A DNA stretch of 64,000 bases from an uncultured Gammaproteobacteria bacterium (lineage in GTDB: Bacteria; Pseudomonadota; Gammaproteobacteria; CAWCPV01). The number at the start of each line of letters is the position of its first letter. Within the stretch, counting starts at the first letter, position 1. Below, piece after piece: positions 23,800-34,568 of this stretch. The stretch spans positions 32,001-96,000 of the forward strand of contig CAWCPV010000010.1 of NCBI GenBank assembly GCA_963797555.1, written 5' to 3'. The notes below the pieces were generated by a model, which saw only the letters and a list, made by a program, of their open reading frames with translations, searched no databases and had not been told where the DNA came from. Made by a program: the position numbers and the translations under genes.

Positions 23800-26337
23800 T
23801 TAGGCCTCCTCGATCCGCTCCAGCTCCACGACCCGTTCCAGCCCCACCAGCTTTTCTCCTCGTTCGACTGCCACCAGCCTCACGCCCTGCGTGCTGCGAC
23901 CGACCACAGAGACGTCCGCGGCACGCATTCTGAGCAACGTCCCGCGATCGGAAATCAGCATGAGCTCTTCGTCCTCCGCAACCTGCACGGCGCCCACCAC
24001 CTTGCCGTTGCGGGCGCTGGTCCGGATAGAGATGACTCCCTGCCCGCCACGCCCGTGGAGCGGGTACTCCTCGACCGGCGTGCGTTTGCCGTAGCCGTTC
24101 TCGGTGGCCGTCAGCACATGCCCCTGGTTGACGATGATGAGGGCGATGACCCGTTCCTCTCGACCGAGACGCATCCCGTGCACGCCGCGTGCGGTCCGGC
24201 CCATGGGGCGGACGTCCGTCTCCTGAAAACGCACCGCCTTGCCGGCATCGCTGAACAGCATGATTTGCCGGTTGCCGTCGGTGAAATCCACCCCCACGAG
24301 GCGGTCACCGTCCCGCAGATCCAATGCGATGAGCCCGCTGGAGCGCGGGCGCGAGAACTCATCGACGGGGGTCTTCTTGACCGTCCCGCGCGCGGTCACC
24401 ATGAACACGTGCTTCTGATGGGCATCTTCACGCAGGGGCAACAACGCGTGGATGGATTCCCCTTCTTCCAGGGGCAGGAGGTTGACTATCGGGCGGCCGC
24501 GTGCCGTGCGTCCTCCCTGCGGAAGCTCGTAAACCTTGAGCCAGTAGACCTTCCCGTGACTCGAGAAGCACAGCAGCGTGTCATGGCTGCTGCCCACCAA
24601 CAGCCGCTCCACGAAGTCCTCCTCCTTGACGCTGGTGGCAGACTTTCCCTTGCCGCCACGCCGCTGCGCGCGGTAGAGAGAGAGCGGCTGGGTCTTCACG
24701 TAGCCGGCGTGAGACAGGGTGACGACCACATCCTCCTCGTTGATCAAGTCCTCCACGCTGAAGTCCCGGGCTACGGGGATGATCTCGGTGCGCCGTGCGT
24801 CCCCATATTGCTCCCGCATCTCCCGGAGCTCCCCGCGAATCACTTCCATCAGCCGCCCCGGCCGAAACAGGATATCGAGCAGCGCCGCGATGGTATCGAG
24901 CAGATCCCGGTATTCCTCGAAGATCTTGCTCTGCTCAAGGGCAGTCAGGCGCTGCAGACGCAGGTCCAGGATCGCCTGCGCCTGCACTTCCGACAGGCGG
25001 TAGCCAGCGTCGGTCAGGCCGTATTCGGCCGGCAACTCCTCCGGCCGGGACATCTCGGCCCCGGCCCGCTGCAACATCTCCAGCACGGCGCCGGGGGGCC
25101 ATGCTTGCGCCACCAGCCCTTGCTTGGCGTCGGCAGGAGTCTTGGCCTGTCGGATCAGGGCGATGATGGGATCGATGTTGGTCAATGCTACGGCCAGGCC
25201 CTCCAGGACGTGGGCACGCTCCCGGGCCTTGCGCAGCTCGAATACGGTGCGCCGCGTCACCACCTCGCGCCGGTGGCGCAGGAACGCCTCCAGCACCTCT
25301 TTGATGTTGAGGAGCAGGGGCCGGCCGTCCACGAGCGCCACCATGTTGATGCCAAACGTGGCCTGCATCTGCGTGTGCAGGAACAGGTTGTTCAGCACCA
25401 CCTCGGGCACCTCGCCACGGCGCAGCCCGATGACCATGCGCATCCCATCCTTGTCGGACTCATCGCGCAGCTCGGTGATGCCCTCGATCTTCCGTTCCTT
25501 GACCAGCTCCGCAATTCTCTCCAGCAAGCGGGCCTTGTTGACCTGATACGGGAGTTCGGTGACGATGATCGTATGCTTGCCGTCGTCCTCTTCCACGTGC
25601 GCCCGAGCGCGCACTTGGAGTGTGCCACGACCGGTTCGATACGCCTGCTCAATGCCAGCCGCACCGTTGATGATTCCCGCCGTCGGGAAGTCCGGGCCGG
25701 GAATGTGCGTGATCAGGCCGTTGATGCCGATGTCGGGCTCCTCGATGAGCGCCAGGCAGGCGTCAACGACTTCCCGCAGGTTGTGCGGCGGGACGTTGGT
25801 GGCCATACCGACAGCGATGCCGGCCGCACCGTTGACCAGCAGGTTGGGAACCCGGGTGGGCAGGACCAGAGGCTCCCGCTCCGACCCGTCGTAGTTGGGG
25901 GCGAAGTCAACGGTTTCCTTGTCGAGATCCGCCAGTAGATCATGGGCCATCCGGGCCATGCGCACCTCGGTGTAGCGCATAGCGGCCGGAGGGTCACCGT
26001 CCACGGACCCGAAGTTCCCCTGCCCGTCCACCAAGACGTAACGCAGAGAAAACGGCTGGGCCATACGGACGATGGTGTCGTAGACGGCTGACTCCCCGTG
26101 CGGATGATACTTACCGATGACCTCGCCGACGATGCGGGCGGATTTCTTGTATGCCTTATTCCAGTCGAGTCCCAGCTCGCGCATGGCGTACAAGACCCGT
26201 CGGTGAACTGGCTTCAGCCCGTCGCGCACGTCGGGAAGCGCCCGGCCGACGATCACGCTCATAGCGTAATCGAGGTAGGATTGCTTCATCTCGTCTTCGA
26301 TGGTGACGGGTGTGACTTCTTTCGCGAAGGGTTCCAT
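23800..26337 (-). CDS. gyrA: DNA gyrase subunit A
   Basis: [41 protein letters not shown], GyrA box QRRGGKG. Confidence 0.98.
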   Translation of the reverse strand: MEPFAKEVTPVTIEDEMKQSYLDYAMSVIVGRALPDVRDGLKPVHRRVLYAMRELGLDWNKAYKKSARIVGEVIGKYHPHGESAVYDTIVRMAQPFSLRYVLVDGQGNFGSVDGDPPAAMRYTEVRMARMAHDLLADLDKETVDFAPNYDGSEREPLVLPTRVPNLLVNGAAGIAVGMATNVPPHNLREVVDACLALIEEPDIGINGLITHIPGPDFPTAGIINGAAGIEQAYRTGRGTLQVRARAHVEEDDGKHTIIVTELPYQVNKARLLERIAELVKERKIEGITELRDESDKDGMRMVIGLRRGEVPEVVLNNLFLHTQMQATFGINMVALVDGRPLLLNIKEVLEAFLRHRREVVTRRTVFELRKARERAHVLEGLAVALTNIDPIIALIRQAKTPADAKQGLVAQAWPPGAVLEMLQRAGAEMSRPEELPAEYGLTDAGYRLSEVQAQAILDLRLQRLTALEQSKIFEEYRDLLDTIAALLDILFRPGRLMEVIRGELREMREQYGDARRTEIIPVARDFSVEDLINEEDVVVTLSHAGYVKTQPLSLYRAQRRGGKGKSATSVKEEDFVERLLVGSSHDTLLCFSSHGKVYWLKVYELPQGGRTARGRPIVNLLPLEEGESIHALLPLREDAHQKHVFMVTARGTVKKTPVDEFSRPRSSGLIALDLRDGDRLVGVDFTDGNRQIMLFSDAGKAVRFQETDVRPMGRTARGVHGMRLGREERVIALIIVNQGHVLTATENGYGKRTPVEEYPLHGRGGQGVISIRTSARNGKVVGAVQVAEDEELMLISDRGTLLRMRAADVSVVGRSTQGVRLVAVERGEKLVGLERVVELERIEEA

Positions 26338-26822
26338 GTACCGACACTCACAAGCGCCGCAACAAAACGAAGCAGTTTACCTCTTTCCGGGGAGTCGCGC
26401 ATCGGCAACCGCCTGCGCGACAGGGCTCCGCCTCACTCACTCCCAACGCCCTGCGGCCCTGCGCCTGCTCGGCATCCAGTTCCCCGCCCCCCACAAAAGC
26501 CTCACCGCTCCCGCGGCTCCCAGCCTATTGCCTCTATTCAAGAACTCGCCTCTACCTCCCTTCGACAAGGCGCCCCTGGCCGGTGGCGGTGTGGAAAGGC
26601 CGACCCGGGAGCGCGGGAGGGGTTGGCCACGGGTGCTGGCGTATCCGCGCCTGCATCGGATCGCCCACCATGCACGCTTTGCGCCGCTGCTCAGCTTCGG
26701 GCGGCGCGTCTCGCCTCGCCGGTGCTGGCCCTTGAATCTCAGGCGCTTGTCTGGGGACTGGCAGGCGGTTGACGGGCTCGTTCGTGAACGCGCGCTTTGG
26801 GCCCAGCCCTGCCGCCGGGCAT

Positions 26823-27896
26823 TCAGTACGGCGCGAGATTCGACAATAGAGCCTGAATTTTCTCGGCGGTAGGTTGCCTCACCACGCCACGCTCGGTCAC
26901 CAGAGCGTCCACCAAGGTCGCAGGCGTCACGTCGAAGGCTGGATTGATGGCCTCCACCTGCGCCGCCACGCGCTTGCCCGCGCAGGACAGGACCTCCGCC
27001 GAGTCGCGGCGCTCTATGGGTATGTCCTCGCCGCGGCGCAGCCGCAAGTCGACGGTGGACGTAGGGGCCACGACCATGAACCTCACGTTGTGGTATCGGG
27101 CCAACAGGGCCAGAGCGTACGTCCCAATCTTGTTCGCCACGTCTCCATTGGCCGTAACGCGGTCCGCTCCGACGATAACCCACGCCACACCCCCCTGGCG
27201 GAGTATCGATGCCGCTGCCGCGTCCACCAGGACCGTTACGGGAATGCCGTCCTGCGCGAGCTCCCAGGCGGTCAGGCGGGCTCCTTGAAGCCAGGGCCGG
27301 GTCTCGTCCACGAAGACGCGACTGATCTTGCCCGCGGCATGGGCGCTGCGAATCACGCCCAGCGCCGTGCCGTAGCCCCCCGTAGCGAGCGAGCCCGCAT
27401 TGCAGTGAGTCAGTACCTCACAGGACCCGTTGAGCAGCGCCGCACCCAGGCTGCCCATACGTCGGTTGGCCTCGATGTCCTGGCGGTGGATCGCCAATGC
27501 CTCCTCAAGGAGGCATTGCACCGGATCTCCGGAACAATGGGCGAGACGCGCAGCCATACGTTCCAGAGCCCACCTGAGGTTCACAGCCGTAGGGCGCGCA
27601 CGGCCGAGAAGGGCAAGATCCGCCTCAATCTCGAGCCGCCAAGTGGACGGTGTGTGGGCATAGCGTTCGCGCGCGGCGAGCACGACCCCATACGCCGCCG
27701 CGATGCCGATGGCAGGGGCACCGCGCACCACCATGTCGGCGATGGCGCGCGTCACTGCCGCCACATCCTCGAGACGGACATAGCGCGTCTCCTGCGGGAG
27801 CAGGCGCTGATCCAGAAGCAACAACCCGTCGTCGTCCCAGCGCACCGCGCGCACCGTGTCCGACGGGTATGGAAGCACAGGAACCTTATCAGACAA
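26823..27896 (-). CDS. mtnA: S-methyl-5-thioribose-1-phosphate isomerase
   Basis: [52 protein letters not shown]. Confidence 0.96.
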   Translation of the reverse strand: MSDKVPVLPYPSDTVRAVRWDDDGLLLLDQRLLPQETRYVRLEDVAAVTRAIADMVVRGAPAIGIAAAYGVVLAARERYAHTPSTWRLEIEADLALLGRARPTAVNLRWALERMAARLAHCSGDPVQCLLEEALAIHRQDIEANRRMGSLGAALLNGSCEVLTHCNAGSLATGGYGTALGVIRSAHAAGKISRVFVDETRPWLQGARLTAWELAQDGIPVTVLVDAAAASILRQGGVAWVIVGADRVTANGDVANKIGTYALALLARYHNVRFMVVAPTSTVDLRLRRGEDIPIERRDSAEVLSCAGKRVAAQVEAINPAFDVTPATLVDALVTERGVVRQPTAEKIQALLSNLAPY

Positions 27897-27927
27897 TGTT
27901 CATCCGCTCCTGGAAATTGGGGCGGCT

Positions 27928-27969
27928 ATGCACTAGAATACAACACGAGCATGCACTAGAATACAACAC
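27928..27969. repeat. Direct repeat, 2 x 19 bp ATGCACTAGAATACAACAC with period 23
   Basis: Copies at 27928-27946 and 27951-27969 in the mtnA/OmpA divergent intergenic region; each contains a -10-like TAGAAT. Confidence 0.85.
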
Positions 27970-28030
27970 ACGTGCGAGAAGGAAACGACAGTCCTGTAAC
28001 CATTTCACAATAGAGAAGGAGCATCGACCC

Positions 28031-28648
28031 ATGAACAAGCGCCTTATGGCCCTGACTGCGGTGTTTGCCGTCCTGGCCACGTATGGAGTAGCCGGCCGAG
28101 CGGCCGAGCGGACCTGCTGTTATGTGTACGACTCTCAAGGCAACCATGTCAGAGACAGCTCCGGCCAATGCGTACGGACCAGCACTTGGGCCCCGGAGTG
28201 CGCCGTCTGCGAGTGCGATGCGTCTGCGTGCCCGAAGGCCGAGGCACCGCCGCCGCCGCCACCCCGCATAGAGAAGATCACCCTCGCGGCTGACGCCTAT
28301 TTCGACTTCGACAAGGCCACCCTGAAGCCTGCCGGTCGGGAGAAGCTGGACGAGGTCGTCGCCAAGATGCGCCAGTACGAGAATGTGGAGCATATCCATG
28401 TCACTGCGTACACCGACCGCATCGGCAGCGACGCTTACAACCTGAGGCTGTCTGAACGGCGCGCCCAAGCGGTCATGAATTACCTGGTAGACCATGGCAT
28501 CTCCGCCGCTAAGATCGACGCCCAGGGGATGGGCGAGGCCAATCCGGTGGTGGCCTGCGAGGGCGTCCGGCCGCGCGCCACGCTGATCAAGTGCTTAGCC
28601 CCGAACCGCCGGGCCGAGATCGAGATCGTGGCGCAGGGAACCAAGTAA
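28031..28648 (+). CDS. OmpA/RmpM-like peptidoglycan-binding protein
   Basis: Signal peptide, N-domain VRDSSGQCVRT, poly-Pro linker, FDFDKATLK, YTDRIGS..YN..LSERRA, PNRRAEI; AAGGAG RBS. Confidence 0.92.
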   Translation: MNKRLMALTAVFAVLATYGVAGRAAERTCCYVYDSQGNHVRDSSGQCVRTSTWAPECAVCECDASACPKAEAPPPPPPRIEKITLAADAYFDFDKATLKPAGREKLDEVVAKMRQYENVEHIHVTAYTDRIGSDAYNLRLSERRAQAVMNYLVDHGISAAKIDAQGMGEANPVVACEGVRPRATLIKCLAPNRRAEIEIVAQGTK

Positions 28649-28670
28649 CCGATTCAGTGCATGCATCGAC

Positions 28671-28706
28671 GGCCCCTGGCGGGATTACCGTCAGGGGCCT
28701 TTTCTT
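28671..28706 (+). terminator. Rho-independent terminator after the OmpA-family gene
   Basis: GGCCCCTGGCGG-GATTA-CCGTCAGGGGCC followed by TTTTCTT. Confidence 0.75.
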
Positions 28707-30068
28707 GCAAACACGGCGATGGCTTCGAGGTGGGCGGTGTGGGGAAACATATCGATCAGGCCAGCACCCTCGAGCTGGAAGCCCTGGCCGCGGACCAACT
28801 CTCCCGCGTCACGCGCCAGTGTCGCCGGGTCACACGAGATGTAGACCACTCGCTCGGCCCCCAGAGCGCTCACCCGCCGCACCACCTCCACGGCGCCGTT
28901 GCGCGGGGGATCCAGAAGCAGCTTGTTGTACCCCGGGCGGCACCAAGTCTCGGCTTGTTCCGGGTCGTTCAGGTCCACTACGCGATAACGCACGTTGCGT
29001 ATCCCGTTGCGCTCGGCGTTGCGTTGCGCTTGCGCTACGAGCCCGGCATCCCCCTCGATACCCAACACCGACTGCGCCCGCGTGGCTAGGGGCAGTGTGA
29101 AGTTACCGATACCGCAGAAGAGATCTAGTACTCGGTCGTCCGGACGCAGCCGAAGTAGCTCCGCGGCACGACTCACCATCGCTTTGTTGATCTCCGCGTT
29201 GACCTGCACAAACTGAGTCGGGTGGAACTCGATCTCGATGCCAAAGTCGGGCAGGTCGTAGGTCAGGCGTCCCTGTGTCGGCCACACCAGGTGCACGCTG
29301 TCCGGCCCCCCCGGCTGCGCGTACACCCAGAGCTTGTGCTCTGCAGCAAAGAGCCGCAGGCGGTCGAGATCCTCGTCGCACAGCCTGTCGAGGTGGCGAA
29401 ACACGAGCGCCGTGCACCCCTCGGCCACGGCCACCTCCACCTGGGGTATGCGCCGGCGGGCGTCCAGACCCTGGATCAGATGGCGTAGCGCCGGCAGCAG
29501 CAAGCCCACGCTGGGGTGTATCACGTCGCAGCGAGTCAGGTCTGCGATGAACGAGCTCGCCTTTTCCCGGAAGCCGACCAGCACGCCGCCCTTCTTCGCT
29601 ACGAACCTCACACCCAGGCGCGCACGGCGCCGGTAACCCCAGATCGGGCCGGTGACGGGCGGGAACACCTCGGCGGGCGCAACGCGCCCTGTGCCTGCAA
29701 GATGGTCCAGGAGGATGCTCTGCTTCGCAACCACTTGCGCCGCGTGGCTAAGGTGCTGCAGGCTGCAACCCCCGCATACCCCGTAGTGGGGGCAACAGGC
29801 CGCCACCCTGTGCGGGGAGGGGTGATGAACTTCCGTCACTACCGCCTCGTCGAAACGCCCGCGCCGTCTGACATACCGGAAACCTACCTGTTCCCCGGGC
29901 AGCGCGCCGTCCACGAAGACGGTTCTGCCACCGGGACGGGCCACGCCACGACCATCGTGGCTCAAGGCATCTATGTGTGCGAGATGCGAAGTCGACACCC
30001 CTTTTGCGACCCCGCCTTCCGTGGTCTTCGCGGCGCCCAAAGAGTGCATGTCGGGGCGATTCAGCTCC
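28691..30068 (-). CDS. rlmD: 23S rRNA (uracil-1939-C5)-methyltransferase
   Basis: TRAM domain, CPHYGVCGGCSLQH Fe-S motif, FVQVN, DLFCGIGNF, DPPR, YISC, DMFPHTAHLE. Start uncertain. Confidence 0.93.
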
Positions 30069-30837
30069 ATGCGGAGCCGAACGCCTCCAGATGGGGCTTC
30101 CCGGACCCCGCCAGGGTCTGACGCACGCGTTGACATTCATCGGCGTAGGCGCCTTGGTCCAGGGTGCCGCGCAACAGCTCGAACCGCAGGTAGATAAGGA
30201 AAGTGTTGAGGGCATCGATCTCGCAATATTGACGGATGCCTTCGAGGTCTCCACTCTGGAAACGCTCCCAGACCTGGGCGCCGCTCTGGCCCATCTTGCC
30301 AGGCAGACCAATCAGCACCGCCACCTCGTCCAGGGGGGCCATGGCGCGCGGCTGGTACGCGGCGAGGACGTCCATGAGATCGGTGTGGCGCATGTGATAG
30401 CGGTTCAGATAATTATTCCAGCGGAAGCCCGGGTCTCGCTCCCCAAGCTCCCAGTAAGACGGCGCGGGCACTCCGTGCAGTAGAGCGCGATAGTGAAGCA
30501 CAGGTAGGTCGAAACCGCCGCCGTTCCACGACACCAAGACGGGCCGGTAACGCGCGACGCCGTCGAAGAACCTCTGGATCAGCTCCTTTTCGGGAGAAGT
30601 GCTCTCGCCCAGTGACCAGATCTGAAACCGATCCTCGGTCCGCAGGATAGCGGAGATGGCGACGATGCGATGAAGGTGCAAGCGCAGAAACTCGGAATCA
30701 CCGGTCTCCTGCCGCCGGATCTGCATCATGGCATTGGCCGCATCCCGATCGCTGAGCCCTTCCAGGCGATAGAGTCGCCGGCCCCCGTCCACATCAGGAA
30801 CGGTCTCAATGTCGAACGCGAAGACGTTGGTAAACAA
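30061..30837 (-). CDS. Predicted PolB-like 3'-5' exonuclease
   Basis: FDIETVPD, SWNGGGFDLPVL, HTDLMD, YCEIDALNT (DEDD motifs). Confidence 0.88.
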   Translation of the reverse strand: MFTNVFAFDIETVPDVDGGRRLYRLEGLSDRDAANAMMQIRRQETGDSEFLRLHLHRIVAISAILRTEDRFQIWSLGESTSPEKELIQRFFDGVARYRPVLVSWNGGGFDLPVLHYRALLHGVPAPSYWELGERDPGFRWNNYLNRYHMRHTDLMDVLAAYQPRAMAPLDEVAVLIGLPGKMGQSGAQVWERFQSGDLEGIRQYCEIDALNTFLIYLRFELLRGTLDQGAYADECQRVRQTLAGSGKPHLEAFGSAWS

Positions 30838-30885
30838 CGTGGCCGGGCGTCCTACTGCCAGTGCTCACGAGGTGCCAGACAGGGC

Positions 30886-31500
30886 TTACTTCTGCCGCCA
30901 CTGGCCTGTGTCATCCTGATACCACCAGCCCCTAGGAGCATTGGCTATCCAACGACCCGCGAAGGTCGCACGGATCTCGGGCTCCCATTCGGGATGTCCG
31001 TTCGCCGTGGCGATCTCCCGATAGAGCGCGTTGCGCGCCTGGTTCTCCTCAGCGAGTAGCTGCCGCACCCGCGCGCGCTCCGCCAGAGGAACCGCCTTGA
31101 GATCATGCACCGCCAAGAGCCCGTCCCGTGTCAGACCGACGGCACCGGACTGATAGTAAGGCTGCAGGGTGGAGTAATGCGCCTTCATGGAACTGGTGAG
31201 CCGCTCAATGGCGGGTGTCGAGACGTTGATATCCGCGCGGGCGTACGCGGCAGGCACCACGAGTGTCAGCAGGCCCCCGAACAGCGCATGGAGGCGCTCG
31301 GGTGCCGAGAGCTGCCCCGACTCATCTTTCCTTGCCGGAGGCTTGGTCTGCTTCTGCGGGGGTTGCTCACCCCAAACGTCTCGGATGATCTTGTCGGCGG
31401 CCTGCTCGGCCGCGGCCGCCGGGAAATAGATGTTGACGGTCACGCACGCCGCGAGCACCACTGCTGCACCGGCGCATGCGGTCGTCCTCAATTTGTCCAT
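30886..31500 (-). CDS. Lipoprotein with YnbE-like N-terminus fused to a YdbL/DUF1318 domain
   Basis: Lipobox LAAC-VTVNIYFPAAAAEQAADKII; C-domain GAVGLTRDGLL, EN..RNALYREIA, FAGRWI....GWWYQ....W. Confidence 0.75.
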   Translation of the reverse strand: MDKLRTTACAGAAVVLAACVTVNIYFPAAAAEQAADKIIRDVWGEQPPQKQTKPPARKDESGQLSAPERLHALFGGLLTLVVPAAYARADINVSTPAIERLTSSMKAHYSTLQPYYQSGAVGLTRDGLLAVHDLKAVPLAERARVRQLLAEENQARNALYREIATANGHPEWEPEIRATFAGRWIANAPRGWWYQDDTGQWRQK

Positions 31501-31510
31501 GAACGCACCC

Positions 31511-33607
31511 TCAGGGCTGGACTTTCGGAACGGTCTGCGTCGCACCGCGCAAGCGCTCCACGAGCACCTTCCAGTCGACGCGGCGCGTATAACCTATCAC
31601 GTCGAGAGTGGGCAGACCACCGCCTCCCTGGACGATGTAATAGCCGCCGTGCGGTGCCGGCGCTATACCCCCCATCTCGCAAACCCCACGAGCCAGGCGG
31701 CAAGCCAGGCCCAGGCGTTTGTAGTAGAAGGTGTCGAACAGGCTCAGCAAGCCCTGGGATAGGGCTGCCGACATTCCCCCACCGCCGAGGCTGGACAAGG
31801 TCTTCACGGCTCGCTGGTCGATACGATGCGCCGATCCCTCGGCGGGGGGCGTTCGGAAGGAAGCATCGAAGACGACCGGCTCCCAGTCTTCCAAACGCAG
31901 GTGTTGCGCCGTGCCCTCGAGTCTCCCGGTGATAGTCCCGAACGCGAAGGCCTGCGTCAGCGCCCGCAGGTCGAGGTTCTTCAGCTCGACCTCTCCACCG
32001 AGCTCGGGTACCAGTCCCAGCGGCCTCGCCAAGCGAAGATCACGGATCACCACCTCGCCATCGAAGACCTTAAAGAGCACCGCACCTCCGATGTCGAGGA
32101 CGTTGTGCGCGTAGTGAACCCGCGGGATCACGGCCGATAGCTGGCCTGCCATGGCAGGCCAGCCCAGCGTTCGACTGAGAGCGGGCATGTCCACCGGTGT
32201 CACGATCCCGTCCAGGTCCCACACGGGCGATGGGGTTGCCAGTCCGCGCGCCTGCAACGTGTTTACCCGCAGACTACCTCCCAGGATGGGCACGCGCAGC
32301 GCCTCGAGCAACCGCAACCCGTCCCCGTTCCATTCCCAGACCGCTTCACTGCCGCCGAACGGGAGGCGGTACACGTGACCGCTGTCCCACTGCAGTTTGG
32401 AGACGGACGAGCCGCTGGCCCGCCAGCTCAGAGTCCCCGCTAGCCCCGAGATACCGAATCGACCTCTCTGATCGCCCAAACCCAGCTTGGCCAGATCGAG
32501 CCTCACGGACATGTCGCCAGCGCCGTAGTCGAGCGAAATCCGCAGGTCACCCTGGGCATCCAGGGCATCCAGGGGCGTGCCGACCAGCCAAGGCTGCAGA
32601 AGCCGCTTGTAGAAGCTGGGCAGCGCCGTCGGTCGCAGATCGAGGCGTGCCTCGGTCAAGGCTGGGCGCGTCTGCAGGTCGAGCCCAAGGGTGCCTTCCA
32701 GCTCCAGCATGTGTGAGGCGGTGAGCGAGAGGTGCGAGACCGTGAGCCGGCGCCGCTCCTCCCGTAAGCTGCCCACCGCGTCCAGGGTGACGGGCTGCGC
32801 CGCGAAGTCCAGCAAGATGGGGTCCACATACAGGAGCCCGCCGTCCAGGGCGGCGGAGAGCCGCGCCTGCCAGGCGGACCCCTGTTGCTGTGCGGCCAGC
32901 CGTAAGCGACCGTGGAGATCCTTGGATTCCCGCCTGCCGTCGGGCTCGGCAAAGCGCAGCCCATCGACATCGGCATTGAGCGACAGCGCTTGGAGCCGAT
33001 CTCGACGCCCATCGACCTCACCCTGGACATCCAGCCTGCCGGAAAACTCGGTCCCAGCGGCCACAGCCAGCCAGCGCCTGAGGTCGGGAAGCAACTGTCC
33101 GGGATTCAGACGCGAGCCCGCGCAACTGAGATGCCACTGGTCTTCGCTGAACTCCGCGCTCAGACGCAGTTGACCTCCCGCCAAACCGATGCGGTCCAAT
33201 GACAGATGCAAGCGTCGCAACCCGGGCTCGTAGGAGAAGCCGCCGCGGAAGTCTGTGCGGTCCAGCCAGGGAGCGGCGACGTGGAAGCTGGCCTCCGAAC
33301 AGACCCAGCTCTTGCCCTGGATTTCGGTTTTGGGACAGACGAGATCCGCGGACCGGATCCCATCGAGCGGCGGCGGGAGCGAAAGTTGGCCCACGTGCCC
33401 GGTCACCCGCCAGGCATCGCCTTCTGCGCTCGCAGAGAATTCCACAGCGCCGGCCGACCAGATGCGGGCGCGGATGCTGGAAATCCCGAGCCGAACACCT
33501 TCCACGCCGGACGCCGAAGAGGCGCCGAGCAGAGACGCCAGCAGGTAAGCCGCGCGCCAGCGCCGCTCAGCCGGACGGAAAGACCCTGGTCGAGAGGTAC
33601 CGGTCAC
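31511..33607 (-). CDS. YdbH-like (AsmA superfamily) beta-rich envelope protein
   Basis: ~700 aa with alternating beta-strand pattern; C-terminal FAFGTITGRLEG, WEPVVFDA, IDQRAV, YKRLGLAC..GVCEMGG; directly upstream of the YdbL-like gene. Start uncertain. Confidence 0.65.
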   Translation of the reverse strand: MTGTSRPGSFRPAERRWRAAYLLASLLGASSASGVEGVRLGISSIRARIWSAGAVEFSASAEGDAWRVTGHVGQLSLPPPLDGIRSADLVCPKTEIQGKSWVCSEASFHVAAPWLDRTDFRGGFSYEPGLRRLHLSLDRIGLAGGQLRLSAEFSEDQWHLSCAGSRLNPGQLLPDLRRWLAVAAGTEFSGRLDVQGEVDGRRDRLQALSLNADVDGLRFAEPDGRRESKDLHGRLRLAAQQQGSAWQARLSAALDGGLLYVDPILLDFAAQPVTLDAVGSLREERRRLTVSHLSLTASHMLELEGTLGLDLQTRPALTEARLDLRPTALPSFYKRLLQPWLVGTPLDALDAQGDLRISLDYGAGDMSVRLDLAKLGLGDQRGRFGISGLAGTLSWRASGSSVSKLQWDSGHVYRLPFGGSEAVWEWNGDGLRLLEALRVPILGGSLRVNTLQARGLATPSPVWDLDGIVTPVDMPALSRTLGWPAMAGQLSAVIPRVHYAHNVLDIGGAVLFKVFDGEVVIRDLRLARPLGLVPELGGEVELKNLDLRALTQAFAFGTITGRLEGTAQHLRLEDWEPVVFDASFRTPPAEGSAHRIDQRAVKTLSSLGGGGMSAALSQGLLSLFDTFYYKRLGLACRLARGVCEMGGIAPAPHGGYYIVQGGGGLPTLDVIGYTRRVDWKVLVERLRGATQTVPKVQP

Positions 33608-34460
33608 CGCGGTCGCAGACGATAGTAACGATCACCGCATGCGCCACTTCCCCACTGAGCCGTAGTGCCGCGGCCATAGCCCCTCCCGAAGAGACACCGC
33701 AGAAGATCCCTTCCTCCCTCGCGAGGAGGCGGGTGACATCCTCGGCCTCCTGTTGGCCCACGTCTATGATGCGGTCGACACGGGCGGGGTCGTAGATCTT
33801 GGGCAAGTACTCGACAGGCCAGCGTCGTATCCCGGGGATGCTTGCGCCCTCCATGGGCTGCACCCCGATCACCTCCACCGACGGATTCCGCTCTTTGAGA
33901 AACCTCGAGGTGCCCATGATGGTACCGGTAGTCCCCATGGCGCTCACGAAGTGCGTCACCGCACCGCCCGTGTCGCGCCAGATCTCCGGCCCGGTCCCCT
34001 CGTAGTGAGCGCGCGGGTTGTCGGCGTTCGCGAACTGGTCCAGCACCTTGCCCTTACCTTCGTTCTGCATCTGGTGGGCGAGGTCCCTCGCCCCCTCCAT
34101 GCTGGCCTGCCGGGACACGAGAATGATCTCGGCGCCGAACGCCTTCATGACCGCCCGCCGCTCCATGCTCATGTGCTCCGGCATCACCAGCACCATGCGG
34201 TAACCCTTGACTGCCGCGACCATGGCGAGGGCGATTCCGGTATTGCCGCTGGTCGCCTCAATAAGGGTATCGCCCGGGCTGATCTCCCCGCGTAGCTCCG
34301 CATGCTGGATCATGCTCAGGGCCGGACGATCCTTGACCGACCCGGCGGGGTTGTCTCCCTCGAGCTTCGCCAGGATCACGTTGGAGGTACTGTGCGGCAA
34401 ACGCTGCAGCCGCACCAGCGGCGTGTTGCCCACATGCTGCTCCAGAGTCGAATAGCGCAT
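33567..34460 (-). CDS. cysM: Cysteine synthase B
   Basis: GNTPLVRL, KLEGDNPAGSVKDR, EATSGNTG, SAMGTTGT, IPGIRRW, CDRGDRYLS. Confidence 0.96.
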   Translation of the reverse strand: MRYSTLEQHVGNTPLVRLQRLPHSTSNVILAKLEGDNPAGSVKDRPALSMIQHAELRGEISPGDTLIEATSGNTGIALAMVAAVKGYRMVLVMPEHMSMERRAVMKAFGAEIILVSRQASMEGARDLAHQMQNEGKGKVLDQFANADNPRAHYEGTGPEIWRDTGGAVTHFVSAMGTTGTIMGTSRFLKERNPSVEVIGVQPMEGASIPGIRRWPVEYLPKIYDPARVDRIIDVGQQEAEDVTRLLAREEGIFCGVSSGGAMAAALRLSGEVAHAVIVTIVCDRGDRYLSTRVFPSG

Positions 34461-34568
34461 CACTCGCCTCTGGCAGGCAAGCCTCGATGGCACGCTCGCC
34501 ACCCTCGCGCACGCAAGCTCTCATCCTGGGGCGCTAAGCCGCTGAGGGGGCGGCAGACACCCCCCCGG

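Noticed and set aside
23104-25938. 944-aa plus-strand ORF and many other long antisense ORFs (e.g. 19567-20889, 48383-49771, 60903-62825)
   Set aside because: Shadow frames opposite well-identified genes; expected at high GC; no recognisable motifs.
26338-26822. ORF or ncRNA in the 485-bp mtnA-gyrA gap
   Set aside because: No recognisable protein or RNA motif; only a lone TAAACT -10-like hexamer.
27928-27969. CRISPR array
   Set aside because: Only two 19-bp copies with a 4-bp spacer and no cas genes.
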